Of a stretch of 64,000 bases of DNA, positions 1-12,316 are shown one piece after another. Below the pieces are notes generated by a model. It made no database searches and was not told the origin of the DNA. It saw nothing but the letters and a program-made list of their open reading frames with translations. Within the stretch, counting starts at the first letter, position 1. Every line of letters begins with the position of its first letter. The translations under genes and the position numbers were made by a program. This DNA is from Felis catus (taxonomy: Eukaryota), in contig NC_058381.1 in assembly GCF_018350175.1 (NCBI RefSeq), positions 40,796,001 through 40,860,000 of the forward strand, given 5' to 3'.

Positions 1-1900
1 CTCGTAGCGGGGGAGGCTATCACAGCTCTGGGGCACGTGGCAGTAGCAGAGCCATCTGGAGCCAGTGGGGAGGTGGGAAGTGAGAATGGAGACGTTGAAC
101 CTAGGCTGGGCCTACAAGCCTCTCCTCACGCTGCCCTTGGCTGGGCCTACCTGGTATAATTGACCTTGTAGGTAGCCACGTCCTCGGCCTGAGACCGCTG
201 CCGAAATTGGGCAGGCGTCTCAAGCTTCCAGTAGTTAAGGCAGAGCAGGAACATCTTTGAGAGCTCAAACATCGTCTGCCGCTCCCGAGGGGCGAGGTGA
301 CTAAACTTGTATTGCACAAAGTTCAGCACACCCTGAGAAGGGGCGGGCAGGGGACAGAACCAGGAAGGAGACGTGAGCAGCAAGCAGGGGCTTCTAATCC
401 AAACACTGGTGCTTCCCGAGGGCAGGGTAAAGCTCTCCTCTCATTCTGGGGCTCCCGGTGAAGAAAAACTCTGGCCCACTCCCACCCCCATGTCCACCTG
501 AAGCACAAAACATCCTCTCTTCTCTGAACTTCTCCCTTATTCTCAACTTGACAGGATGGGGAACACAGCCTCCTCAGTCCTCCAAGATGCCCCCAATTCT
601 CTTACCACCTTCCTCATCCCACCTGTTCAATATTAGGCTTCTCAAACGGGGGACTGCCCAGGGAGCCCTCCACCACTGGCCGGGTCATCTGCAGGATGCA
701 TTTCCGCAGAAGCTGGAGGAAGAGGAAGAAGGAGGGGCAGAGGTCAGCAGAGCTCAGAGCTGCCGACTCCCTAGCCTTGTCTACCGTGCTCATCCACACT
801 CACTTGGACAAAGCTCACCTTGAAGAGGTAGAAATACACCTGCTTAGTGTCTGTGTCCTCCTCCTTATGAACAGACATGAATAGGTTCTCCACGTCCACC
901 ACCATACCCAGTAGCCGGTTAATCTCCTCCTCTGACACATTCTCCAGGTGGGACACGTGGTCAGCTGCAAGGATAGGTGGTAGGGTTGGGAAGAACGGAC
1001 AGATCACCAGAGCTTCCTGTCCCTCTTCACCACCAGACAATTTACACCCTCGGTCCCTCCAACCAGCGTGACCAGCAATGAGACTGACTGCTCCTACATC
1101 AGTCCTTGGGTGGCCACTGTCTCTTCAGGGCTGGCAAATTTCCTTTCGCTTCCCTTGGGGGATACATGTTCCCAACTCAATCCTTCCTTAGGAGGTATTT
1201 TTGGTTCCACAAATGAAGCTCTGTGGCACTTAAATCATCCTGTCCAAGCAGGACCCAGCCTGACCCCGCCCCAGCTCCAAGGGCACTACCTGCCTTACCC
1301 AAGGGGTGCTCACAGCTGCGGCATAGCTCGCTCAGGTTGGCAGCTGGCTGCTGTAGGTCCATGCGGGGTGCAGTGGGGGGCTTGGGGTTTTTCCAGCCAT
1401 TACACTTGCAGGTTTCATTGGCCTGGAGGCAGAAGAATCAGTCAGTAACCCTGTAACCGGGAAGGGGGAGCAGATCCCCAGCCAGAGATTTGCCCCTATT
1501 CCCACCCGGGCCCTGGGATGCCCCAGGNNNNNNNNNNNNNNNNNNNNNNNNNNNNNNNNNNNNNNNNNNNNNNNNNNNNNNNNNNNNNNNNNNNNNNNNN
1601 NNNNNNNNNNNNNNNNNNNNNNNNNNNNNNNNNNNNNNNNNNNNNNNNNNNNNNNNNNNNNNNNNNNNNNNNNNNNNNNNNNNNNNNNNNNGTCCCCCCA
1701 CTTCCTACCCCGGGAGCCCCAGTCCCTGTGCTCCCGGCTGGGGCTGCAGCTGGGGCGGGGGCTGGTGCCGGAGTGGGAGCCGGAGTCGGGGCTGAAGCCG
1801 GGCTGGGGGCAGGAGTCGGAGTTGGGGCAGGGGCTGGAGACTGAAGGGGACGGGACTGCGTGGCCGGCGCCGGGGTTGAGGCCTGGGTCGGTTCCGCCAT
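1..1900 (-). CDS. KAT2A: Histone acetyltransferase KAT2A (GCN5), 5' part, runs off the window. Coding exons: 1900-(donor in N gap 1528-1691), 1422-1299, 964-819, 712-623, 332-151, 55-<1
   Basis: MAEPTQASTPAPA... Pro/Ala-rich N-terminus, then the PCAF-N homology peptides ANETCKCNGWKNPKPP, ADHVSHLENVSEEEINRLLGMVVDVENLF, LLRKCILQMTRPVVEGSLGSPPFEKP, GVLNFVQYKFSHL and WLCYCHVPQSCDSLPRYE. Visible junctions are AG/GT with consistent phase. Confidence 0.97.
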
Positions 1901-1990
1901 GGCCTCCCCCGCAGCGGAGCGGCGCGGCGCTCCCAGCCCTAGGGCCGCATGGGCAACCGGCGCACAGTGCGCAGGCGTCGCTGCGCCGGG

Positions 1991-2010
1991 GCATGACGGG
2001 AATTGTAGTC
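1991..2010 (-). promoter_or_regulatory. ZNF143/SBS (ACTACA-type) motif in the KAT2A CpG-island promoter
   Basis: Minus strand reads GACTACAATTCCCGTCATGC, about 90 bp upstream of the KAT2A ATG; a second TCTACAATTCCCC lies at about 2211-2223. Confidence 0.7.
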
Positions 2011-3220
2011 TTTCACTGCCGCTCCCTTTGCCTCCGGCTTCCAGACTTTTCTGTCTTGTCTCTTGGTCCCAGACAAGCGAGTGAAGCCTGAGCCATTACC
2101 CTAGATTGGCTCCTCCTCACTTCATTCTCTCTTGGAGGCTTCTGGGACAGTGGAGATTGCTGTTTTCTTGGGGACTTGGAGAAGCATCTGAGAAAACAGG
2201 CTTCAGTTGAGGGGAATTGTAGATTCTGCCCACAAGGGTGCAAGTGCAGCTCTGGGGCCTGGAGTTGTGATGGCTTCCTGGCACATCCCCTCCTGCCCCA
2301 ACCCCGGCCCTGGCCTGCACTGCGGACACAGACTTGCCCCTATGATGGAGATTAAAACGCAGCAGTTACCTTTCTGAACCTGTGAAGTTGCAAGGGTGGT
2401 GTTGTCTTTGGGATACTTCCACTCTACTCTTTGGTGGACTTTTCTGTATATACGTGATACTTCAGCATTAAAGGATTATTATAAAATCACTGAGCGCCAG
2501 GGGTATGGCCATGATCACGAGGGATACTGAGACGGGGATGAGGTAGAAGTAAAGGAGGGCACATCCCAGTGTTTGTGAATGGCTCTCCCTGTAACCCCGT
2601 GGGCACCTCGAGGGCAGGGCCCACCTCTTCAATTTTGTCCCGGAACCCAGCCCTGAGCCTGCCACAGAAGGCCCAGGGTCTGATGAATGCAGGAAACCGG
2701 GAAGTCGCGTTCATCTCCCAAGCCCCATCTGTCATCACAGGATTTGTGCGCGGTCAGAAAAAGGGGTTTCGGAGAATGTAAGACCCCATGGTCACATCCC
2801 GTTGGCTCTGTCCCAGGGGACAATCCTTGTCCTCGGGACAGATTCTTGGAAGGGCAAGAGCGCAGCGGCTCAATCTCGTCTTCCGCCCGGTGCTTGCGAG
2901 CGCTCCAGGGTCCGGATCGCACGTCCGGCGTCGTTCAGCGTACGTAGGCGGGTCACAGCCCAGAGCCGTGGGGCCCTGTGACCGAAGCGGGGAAGGGCCT
3001 GAGAGTGGGGCAGGAGTCAGGATGAAAGCAGCAGCGGTGCCCCATGGTGGCTGACCACCTGGCCTGTGGAAGCAGGATTCGCGTGGCTGACCCCAAACTG
3101 CTGAAGCGGGCCGGCCCGGGGTCACTGAGGGAGCCGGGCTGCGCGAGTGCCTCCCCGGACGTGCGCGCCGCTGCCCGCGTGCCTCGCGCCACTGCCCTTG
3201 GATAGCAGTTGCTCACTCGG

Positions 3221-3699
3221 ATGCAGCGGGTCGGTAGCGGTCTCCCCAGCAGGAGCCGGGTGGCATCCCCCTGTCCCAGCGCAGCCCTCGCTGAACAGAA
3301 CCAGGTGGCCACGCTACCGGTACGGCTGCTCAGGGACGATTCGGCAGCTTCGCAGAACAACTTCCCCGTGGAGGATGGCTTCCAGATGAAGGTGGATACC
3401 TACGGCTTCACTCCCGACGAGCTGCTGGTGCAAGTGGACGGCCAATGTCTGATGGTGACGGGCAAGCGGCAACTGGAGGGCTGCAGCCCGGACGGGGCCG
3501 GCTACCGCGTAGCGCACAGGCAGATGCAACTACCACGGGACCTGGATCCAGCCGCCATGACCTGCAGCCTGACTCCCTCGGGCCAGCTGTGCGTCCCGAG
3601 GCCAGTGCCGGGCGCTGCCTCCCCGAGGCCCAAATAGGGCCATCCCTGAGACTCTGGGGCCGTGGCTCTAATAAGGGTCAACCTAGCCTGACCCGATAA
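3221..3699 (+). CDS. HSPB9: Small heat-shock protein beta-9 (intronless). As sequenced the ORF is 3221-3637; the orthologous C-terminus continues in another frame to 3699 (frameshifted, possible pseudogene)
   Basis: MQRVGSGLPSRSRVASPCPS...DGFQMKVDTYGFTPDELLVQVDGQ...LTPSGQL is an alpha-crystallin domain. It lies in the syntenic position between KAT2A and RAB5C. The LPEAQIGPSLRL...SLTR* tail is in a different frame. Confidence 0.9.
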
Positions 3700-5237
3700 A
3701 CAACCCTGCTGTGCAGCAGCAGTCTTGGCGTTCCGCGGTCTTTTCTTGGGGTCGGGGTCAGAGGTCGAGGCATAACGGAGGTAAAGAGGGCTCGGGGAGG
3801 CAGGAAAGGCACTTTAAGCTGGTAGTCCACCAAGAATCGGGCCTCTGTGGTCCTGGGAGAAGCTGGGGGCCCGCTCAGTGTGGCCCACTCAGCTTAGCTC
3901 ACTGCCTGGAGCAGTAGCTCCAGCAGGGAGCAGTAGAGGTCCAGGAGGCTCCACAACCAGCAGAGGGCCCTGACAGACCAGGGACCAGATGGCTTGGACC
4001 TGGTGTGGTCTTGGCCTTCTAAACACAAGGTTTCAGAGGTCACCGGGGCGGAGGGCGAGAGGACCGAGTCCTTCACAAGCCTGGTCCAGACTAACCGAAA
4101 AACCCCAAAGAGGTTGTTTCTGGTGTTTCAGAGACCAACTATTTTCAAATACAAACTGTACATCACCCCAGTAGAATCTGGAGGGAGTCGGGGAGAGGCA
4201 AATGCGGGCCCCTCAACTTCAAACTTGGTGAGATTCAGCCCCAGGTCACTCTCACCCTACCCTACCCTACCCCTTAGAGCTGGTAGAGCAAGGGCCTATT
4301 TCTCTTGGTTACCATCACCACCAGCATCCCTTCACTTTTGGGGGGTGGGGGTGGGGGAGTGAAGTTAGTTCAAGTAAGCTAGAGCAGATGCGGTCTGATA
4401 AACTGCCAGAGAGAGACAAGGAAGACAAGTGGGAGGTCGATCGATCGGCTGACTATATTGACAAGATACTGATTGGTTACATGTTGAAGAAAACATACAA
4501 TACAAAATACAGAAAAAGTTGGTTCCATCCCCTCCCACCCACCCCCCCCTTACCCACCCACCCCCAAATACTCATCATCGTGATTTGGTCAGAACAGGGC
4601 TCAGAGCCAGAGGTCAGGGTGACGGAGGGGGAGGGGGGTTATGGGGAATGGGTTGGTGGCTGTCACAATAATGCTGTGGTAATGCTGTGGTTTCTCTCCC
4701 AGCTGTGCGTCAGGGGGTGAGGGGGGGGCTGCAGCCTGATGACAGCCAGCTGAGGGAAGAGCTGCCTCTCCCTTCCCTCGCCCCTTAGGGCCACCACCCA
4801 GAACCAAACCCACTCCAAACACAGTAAGGATATGGATGCTCTTGCTGAGTCTGCTAATCAGCAAGAGGGAAAGAAGGGTAACTGCTCCAACCCCCGCCTC
4901 CCCACATACAAGGGTGGGGGGGAACAGGGGCACGTGGCTACTACCAGCAGAGGAAGAGTGGGAGAGCAGTAGAAAGGGCTGGAAGTGGGAAGAGCAGAAG
5001 ATCATATATATTAAAAAAGTGACTTAAGACTTAAAATTGAATTAGTATTTGTACAGAAAGGTGCAGGTGGAATAACTCACTCCGGCCTATGATCAAAATT
5101 CTATGGAGAAATCATGGCGGACCCCTCCCCCTGCCCCCCCAGTGGTAGCCCGAGTCGTTAAGTGCGATTGGTTAGAGTGGATTCCAGTCGGGTCGGTCAG
5201 GCGGAGGAGGTGGGGGCAGCGGGCAGGCAAGGGGGGC

Positions 5238-8200
5238 TCAGTTGCTGCAGCACTGGCTCCGGCTGGCTGGGTTGTTCTCCTGGAGGTCCACGCCTCGGTT
5301 CCGGCCTGGAGCACCAGCTGCATTCTGGGGCTCGTTCTTGGGAAGCTTCTTAGCTGTTTGGAAGAGGAGGGGAAATATGCATTTGTGGGGCTACCCCAAT
5401 ACTCTTCCAAGTATGCTTGAGTGGAAGCTGGCCTTTGTACCACCCAATCTGGGATAACCCATGGGGGAGCTTCGCTTCTTTGCGCCAGGTGCATGCATTC
5501 TGAGTGTTTCAAGAAACTGAGGCAAAGAGGGTGCCTGGGTGGCTCAGTCAGTAAAGTGTCCAACTTCGGCTCAGGTCATGATCTCACCATTTATGAGTTC
5601 GAGCCCCACATCGGGCTCTGTGCTGACAGCTCGGAGCCTGGAGCCTGCTTTGGATTCTGTGTCTCCCTCTCTCTCTGCCTCTCTCTCTCTGTCTCTCTCT
5701 CTCTGTCTCTCTCTCTCTCCCAAAATTAGACAAACATTAAAAAAAACAAACCTGAGGCCAAGAGAGGTTAAATAACTTGCCCCAGGACCACGGAGTTAAA
5801 TGATAAAACAAGGATTCAAACCCGGGCAGGATGACTCACTACAGAGCCAGATCAGCCTAAAGATCCTAAGAAGTGGGTAGGGGGATGGGGACGTAGGGTT
5901 TTCAGTGGGTGGTAATCTAAAGGGTCAGAAAGTGAAATGTTGAGACTTTGGCCCAGGCTGTAGAAACTTCCGGGGTGAACTCTCTATATCTGACAGTCAG
6001 ATAAAGTGACCCCACAGACTTACCACATACTACAAAACAGCAGCCAGGTGATAGGATAGGACCCTGGTCAGGGGAGGGGAGGGGAGGAGAGCAACTCACC
6101 TATTGCCATGAAAATTTCATTCACGTTCATCGCAGTCTTTGCTGATGTCTCCATGAACAGCAGACTGTTGTCTTCCGCATAGGCTTGTGCTTCCTGGTTT
6201 GGATGGAGGTGAGAAAGTGGGTAGGAGGGAAATGATGACAGTTGGCAGGGGCCAGGGCCCAGGATAAAAATCTTCCCTCCTCACAGTCGCCTTATACACA
6301 ATAGAGACAATGCAGGGATTTTTCAGTCCCGAGGCTCTCCTGCTCTGGGTCCCCCCCACATCTGCAGCACACCCAAGGCCCCCACTTCACATACAGCACC
6401 TCTCAGTTCACAAACATTGGCAGATGTTTTACTCAGGTTTTCCTAAGTCCATTCTGCCTTTTGCCCTTCAAAATCACTAAGCTAAAAAAATACTTCTAGA
6501 AAGTTATCCTACAAATGCACACGCACATTTGGAAAAAATACAAAAGCATGTGGATGTTGACCGCAGTGCTGCTTCCAGTCGTTTGCTATTACAAACAACC
6601 TACAAGTCCATTGGTTAAGGGCCTGGTAAAAAATACACAGTATTATGGGGCACACCCCCATCGATGTAAAGAAAGGGATTCATTCGCATGGGTATATTTT
6701 TAGAAAAATAAGAAACTGTGATGAACTTGGGGGAAGGGAGACTGAGTGTCTGGGTTGGAGACTTAAATTTCATTCCATGTATCTTCCTGTACTGCGTAAA
6801 TTTTACCCGTGCGTGTTTTATGTGGATAAAAGTAATTCTTTTTCAGTAAGTTTCATTGAAAAGTCAGTTTACACAAAAAATAAGCGGAAGCTTCAGCTGT
6901 CCGTATGCATACACACGCCACCAGCCGATGACAAAGAACAAGGAGAAGCAGAGAAGTCCTTCAGGCCCACATTCAAGTCACGAGAGGACAGCAGATGAAA
7001 GCGCCCCGGCCTCCCCACTTGGCCCTCCGCACAGCCCCTGAGCAGCCGAGGCTGAGCCAAGCGTGGGGCCGGCTTACTCCTCCCCACCAAGTCCTGTCCT
7101 GCCCCCACCTGGAACTCCACGGCTCTCTTGCTGGCCAGGTCCGCCTTGTTCCCTGCAAGTGCGATGACGATGTTGGGGCTAGCCTGCCTCTGTAGCTCCT
7201 TCACCCAGTTCTTGGCCCGTGCAAATGTATCCTGGGGAGACAAGGCCAGAATGTCAGAGAGACAGAGGCGGCATTCTGCCCAGGGCCACTCACTTAGGGA
7301 AGCTCGAGCTGGCAGAGCCCAAGTGTCTAAGATGCTACCGCCCTGGAGATTCTGGTGAGACACCCCCAAACGACAGAGGAAATCTGCCCACACCCCATCC
7401 AGGAACANNNNNNNNNNNNNNNNNNNNNNNNNNNNNNNNNNNNNNNNNNNNNNNNNNNNNNNNNNNNNNNNNNNNNNNNNNNNNNNNNNNNNNNNNNNNN
7501 NNNNNNNNNNNNNNNNNNNNNNNNNNNNNNNNNNNNNNNNNNNNNNNNNNNNNNNTCGTCCAAACAGACCGTCTGTGTGAGGAAGGCCGCTGTAAGAGGG
7601 ACGGTGGTGTTATAAGGCAAGAAGGAGTCAAGAAGCCACCCCCACATATCTCCCCAGTACTGCATGTGGACTCTCTGCTGAGATGGGCCCAGAAAAGCCC
7701 CCAGCCCAGCGGCTGAAGCAGGGTAGGTGGTGTTTGTATTTTTCTGCCATGTGTCAAGGGGACTGGGGGTTGCACAGGCCTTACAGACCCACACTAGGCA
7801 AGGGCAGAAGGGATGTCTGCCCGCACCTGAACCGTCTTAGGAGCACCTCCGAGGAGGACTGGCAAGGGGCAGGAGAGGGAAAAGCCCAGGGGAAAATGGA
7901 CTCCCAAGCACAGAAGGGTGGGCCCACCACTCCCCCCGTCCCCCTCCACACCTCCCCTCACAGGGGACAGTCAGGCTGGAAGCCTCCATAGTCCCTCAGT
8001 TTGCTCCGGCCCAGGGGTGTTACTGGCCTTCGGTTTCCTGAGGACACTCACACACTTAGCTACACTGGGGCCGCCTGAAAGTACACGCTGTTCCGCTGCC
8101 AGGCGGAGGCTGGGTGGCTGGCTTCCCGGCTGCCCCTGCCACCTCCAGGCATGCTGGCTAGCCTCCACCCCCAGCTTTGACCTTGACCCATTCCTGATTG

Positions 8201-9269
8201 GCCACCCTGTGGTTCGACCTTCAGGGAACACAGTGACCCTATCTTTGGTCTGAGACAAGGGAGCATGTGGTGCTTGTGCACATGCTTCAGGAGGAGTCCC
8301 AGAGCCGGGACAGGCAGGTGGGAGTCCCCTCCCCGCTGGGAACCAGGGGAGGATCCCAGAGAGCTCAGAGTGGAAGCCGGCTCCCTGCTCTGCCCTCCCC
8401 CCACGCCCCTGAGGGCCCAGGGTGGGGGAAACTGCCTCACTTCCCTGTCTCCAGCTCCTGACTCGGGTGCTGAGGAGGCAGCAGAGGACTGCTGACTCGG
8501 CCCGTTTAGTTTCCAGCTGCCTGGAAACCTCCTACCAAGAGGGCAGAGAAAGGGTGACTCAAGCCCAACGTCCGCCCTGGCCCCTAAGGTTTGTACAGGA
8601 CACTGAGGCAGGGAACTGAGCCCACACCCTCACGGGCTACACGCTGACCACCAGGAAATCAATGATAGGCTCTGAGCTCGATGGTAAAGGTCAACTTCAG
8701 AAACGCTGGCCCGCTCACCAGGCCATTTCCCCATTCTGCAAAGTAGAAGAGGCCAGGACAGACGCACTGCCTGGTATGGTCAGAAGGACCCTCAGAGATC
8801 CAGACCGAGCCTCTCCCTTCCAGAGGCCGGGTCAGTGGAAGGCCCTTAGCCAAGGCCACGCAACAGTACAGTGGCATAATCAGGAGGAGAAGCCAGTTTT
8901 GGACTCCCAGCTAAGTCTAACTGGGTGGCGGTGGGGACTCCGGCATGGAGACCAGCTGTTGGATTTGATTCCAGGGCCCAGGTGAGGAAGAGGTGCTGCC
9001 GCCGCAGGCACGTTTAGTCCCTCTGGGCAGGCGGCTTCCTTCTCAACGCCAAGGCATTTCTTTGGCATTCCTGAGGCTGCCCCACTCCCTTGTGCCCACT
9101 CACCTCCAATGGTGCTCTCCTGGTACTCATGGAACTGTCCCTTGACAAAGCGGAGCACGAGGCTGGATTTGCCCACTGCAGACTCCCCGAGCAGGACCAG
9201 CTTAAACTGACAGATCTTGTTCCCAGCGGCTGGTCCGTTGGGTCGCGCTGCACCTCCCCGACCCGCCAT
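5238..9269 (-). CDS. RAB5C: Ras-related protein Rab-5C, 216 aa. Coding exons 9269-9104, 7589-(~7438, in gap), 7231-7109, 6193-6100, 5353-5238
   Basis: [36 protein letters not shown] (P-loop), [21 protein letters not shown] and C-terminal SRSQCCSN* prenylation motif. Exon sizes 166/152(inferred)/123/94/116 sum to 651 nt. Confidence 0.98.
5529..5745 (+). mobile_element. Carnivore tRNA-derived SINE (SINEC) inserted in a MIR fragment
   Basis: GGGTGCCTGGGTGGCTCAG head, CT-repeat, A tail; flanked by MIR-like AAACTGAGGC...GGTTAAATAACTTGCCC. Confidence 0.9.
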
Positions 9270-10969
9270 GGCCCGTCCTGCTGTAGTGGTACCAGTGAGC
9301 GTGGGGCGGGGGCCGGTGCTGCGCGAAGAGGCACTTAGTGAGGACGGGGGACCTCCAACTGCAAGAGAGATCAGCAGTACTGGTCAGGCCAGAGACTGTC
9401 GCACAGCAAGGCCTTCTTAAATCACTCTTAAATCACAGGTCTCTCCCGCTGCCCTCCCTGAGGACCTAAATCCTCCCATCCTGCCAACCCCCTGGCCCCC
9501 ACCTCCCAGAAGTTAGGAGAAGAGCCCGAACTAGGATGTACTACACATCTATTTGCCCTACAATCATCTCAGCAGTGAAAAGTGGTCTCCCAACTCTAGG
9601 TTCATGGTTCTGAGCAAACATATTACTTCCTAATCCCAAGTATCACGTACATACAGGAGAACAATGGGCATATGGCAGCCTGGTGACAGTTAAGTCAACA
9701 GGCTCCTTGGAGTACCAAAAAAATCACGTGGGAAGACGCCAGGATCCAGACGAACAAACAACGAACCTGTGGTCCTGTAGCTAAGATCACAGCGCACCTC
9801 GGTGCAAAGCCAGAGTGGATGGTGAGGCTGACCAGGGCACAGGGAGTCCAGATAGAAAGCTCATCAGACAAGGTGCTTGGCCAACCTTGTGGGCACTCAG
9901 GGACCAGGGACTGGCCAGTGCAAGCCATTTTGTCCTGCTGTCTCTAGAAGAACTAACTTTCTCAGTCGGAGGCTGGACTGTGCACTGGAATCAAAGTCCC
10001 ATTTCACTCCTTCATCCCAAACCTCTTCCCCCTGGTTCTCTCATTTTTGATGGACCAGAAGTCTCACACACATTAAAACACAAAACACACACAAAACCAA
10101 ACACACACCCAAGCCAGAGAGCTCTGCTGGCAGTCAGGACGGCTGCCAAATTTCCCTTTTCAACAGAGACCTCAGTTCCATTCTCTACTGGCAGAGGCAG
10201 AAGGTGACGCAGAGAAGGAACAGGGAAGTATGGGAGGGCAGACACAAATGAGGGACACCGAGACCTGCACCCCAAGCAGCCGGTGTTCCACACTGACATC
10301 TTAGTCACTCTGTTAGTGATAGCTTTGGAGGCGCAAAGAAGGATGAGGAGCCTATTTCCAGAAGCCTCTAGAAGACTTATACTAAAAAATACCAGAACGT
10401 TTACAGACGAGTACTGTGACGAGGTATTTCATCCTAAACATCTGTATAGCGTCTGAACCTAAGCTGGAAAGAAAAAGCTTTGATTCAACTACCCTTAGCA
10501 GAATGGAGTCAATGCAGAGGGGTCTTCAGAACAAGAGCCCAAGGAAGTACAGCCCAGAGCTGCCCCCTCGGCAAAGGGAGTGCATCCCCCTACAGTCAGA
10601 GGACGGGGGCGTGAATGAAGAGAAGGGTATCCGTGGGCAGCGATGGGCTATGCTCATGCAAGAAGTTGACGGCAAAGGGCTTGCTTTGTTCAGTCTGAAA
10701 TCCCTTTTCGCATCCCTGTCCTCCTAGCAACTCATTTAAAAAGTGAGCTTCAGGAAGCATGATTCACTAGCCAGGAAAAACAGTTTCCTTTCTGGATAGC
10801 ACCAAGGGAAAAGAGGTTTGAACCGGGAGCCACCTCTTCCCCAAGAATACAGGAAGGCAGGCAGTACGGGGGGGGGGGGGGGGGGGGGGGGCTGGGGAAT
10901 CCCTATTAGTAACAAGAAATGCTAGTGCTATGATATTTTACAGTTTTACAGCTTTCTCTTAAAAAAAAA

Positions 10970-11179
10970 TTTTTTTTTTAATGTTTACTTATATTTGAGA
11001 GAGAGACCAAAACAGAGCATGAGCAAGAAAGGGGCAGAGAGGGAGACACAGAATCACAAGTAGGCTCCAGGCTCTAAGCGGTCAGCACAGAGCCCGACGC
11101 GGGACTCGAACCCACAAAGTACGAAAACATGACCTGAGCCAAAGTCAGCTCTTAACCAACTGAGCCACCCAGGTGCCCC
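10970..11179 (-). mobile_element. SINEC
   Basis: Reverse-complement head (...CTGAGCCACCCAGGTGCCCC) and poly-T tail. Confidence 0.9.
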
Positions 11180-12127
11180 TACAACTTTCTCTTTTCACCC
11201 CAGTCACTGATGTTTGCGAGACTCTCCGGCCCTCGAGGCAGGGTCTGTGCTTCTGGCTTCTTTGAGAGCTTCCCTCATAAGGCCTACCAAAGAAATCCTT
11301 TTCAGAGCCTGCTAGCATTCACCGAGCAACTGCATAACCATCATCTCCCTTTAGCTTTAAAACAATCTCCCTTTTTTTTCCACATAAATAGCCTGCCTCT
11401 CAGGTGTTCAATGCCCTGTTCAAGGCCACCCAGCATATAGGTGAAGACCTGGATGCGGGTTGCCTGTGTGCTCCTTTACCTCCTGTGCTCCTGGCCCATC
11501 TCCCTGCAGTGGGAAGAATGCTGGAGACAACACCCACCCTGTTTCCGGTCGCTGGGTGAGCGCGACCCTGAGACCTTCTTGTGCCGCAGCAGCCGGCTGG
11601 CCTGCAAGGTGTGGCTCCAGCCCACAGTCACAGTGATCTTGCAGGCCCTGACTCCTTCCAACTGTGGGAGGAGCCGCCCAGGGCCAGGCAGGCGACAGCA
11701 GCAGAGGGAAACCACAATGGAATTACAAGTTGGTTATTACCACAAATCCACGTGACACATCGTCCCGGCTGGGCGGCAGAGTGTGGCTGGGGCACTACAG
11801 AAGGAGGTATGAAGGAGTGGGGAGAGGGGAACGGAAGATCAAGTCCCCGATTCCAACAAAACCAAAGCAGCTGGGGCTGAGGGCTCCTGGGGTGGGAAGT
11901 AATCAGCACCCATAAGTCAAGAAATACAGAGATAACATCTAAGTCTTGTCCCCACCGAATCAGTGGGTTTCCAAACCTGCCCAGACAGAACTTGTATTTT
12001 TAACAAGCCAGGAGAGACAAGTAACTCTTATCCAGTGGTTCCTGACCTTGTCTGTACTTCAAAATCACCTGTGCAGCTGGCCCCTGGAGGTTCCTACAAA
12101 GGTTTGGAGGAGGGCCTGGGATTTGTA

Positions 12128-12316
12128 TTTTTTTTTTAATGTTTATTTTTGAGAGAACCCGAGTGGGGAAGGGGTGGAGAGGGAGGGAGATAGAGGATTC
12201 GAAGCAGGCTCCTTGCTGACCGCAGAGAGTTCCATGTGGGGCCTGAACTCACAAACCATGAGATCATGACCCGAGCCAAAGCCGGATGCTTAACCAACTG
12301 AGCCACCCAGGAACCC
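12128..12316 (-). mobile_element. SINEC inside a MER5-like hAT DNA transposon remnant (~12030-12360)
   Basis: SINE head and tail; flanks resemble MER5 (CAGTGGTTC...AATCACCTG...TGTATTTTTAA). Confidence 0.85.

Noticed and set aside
2843-2851. STAT GAS motif TTCTTGGAA (also TTCCCAGAA near 25152)
   Set aside because: Isolated TTCNNNGAA 9-mers are expected by chance many times in 64 kb.
5529-5610. tRNA-like A/B boxes
   Set aside because: These are heads of tRNA-derived SINEs, not tRNA genes; no real tRNA, rRNA or snoRNA was recognised.
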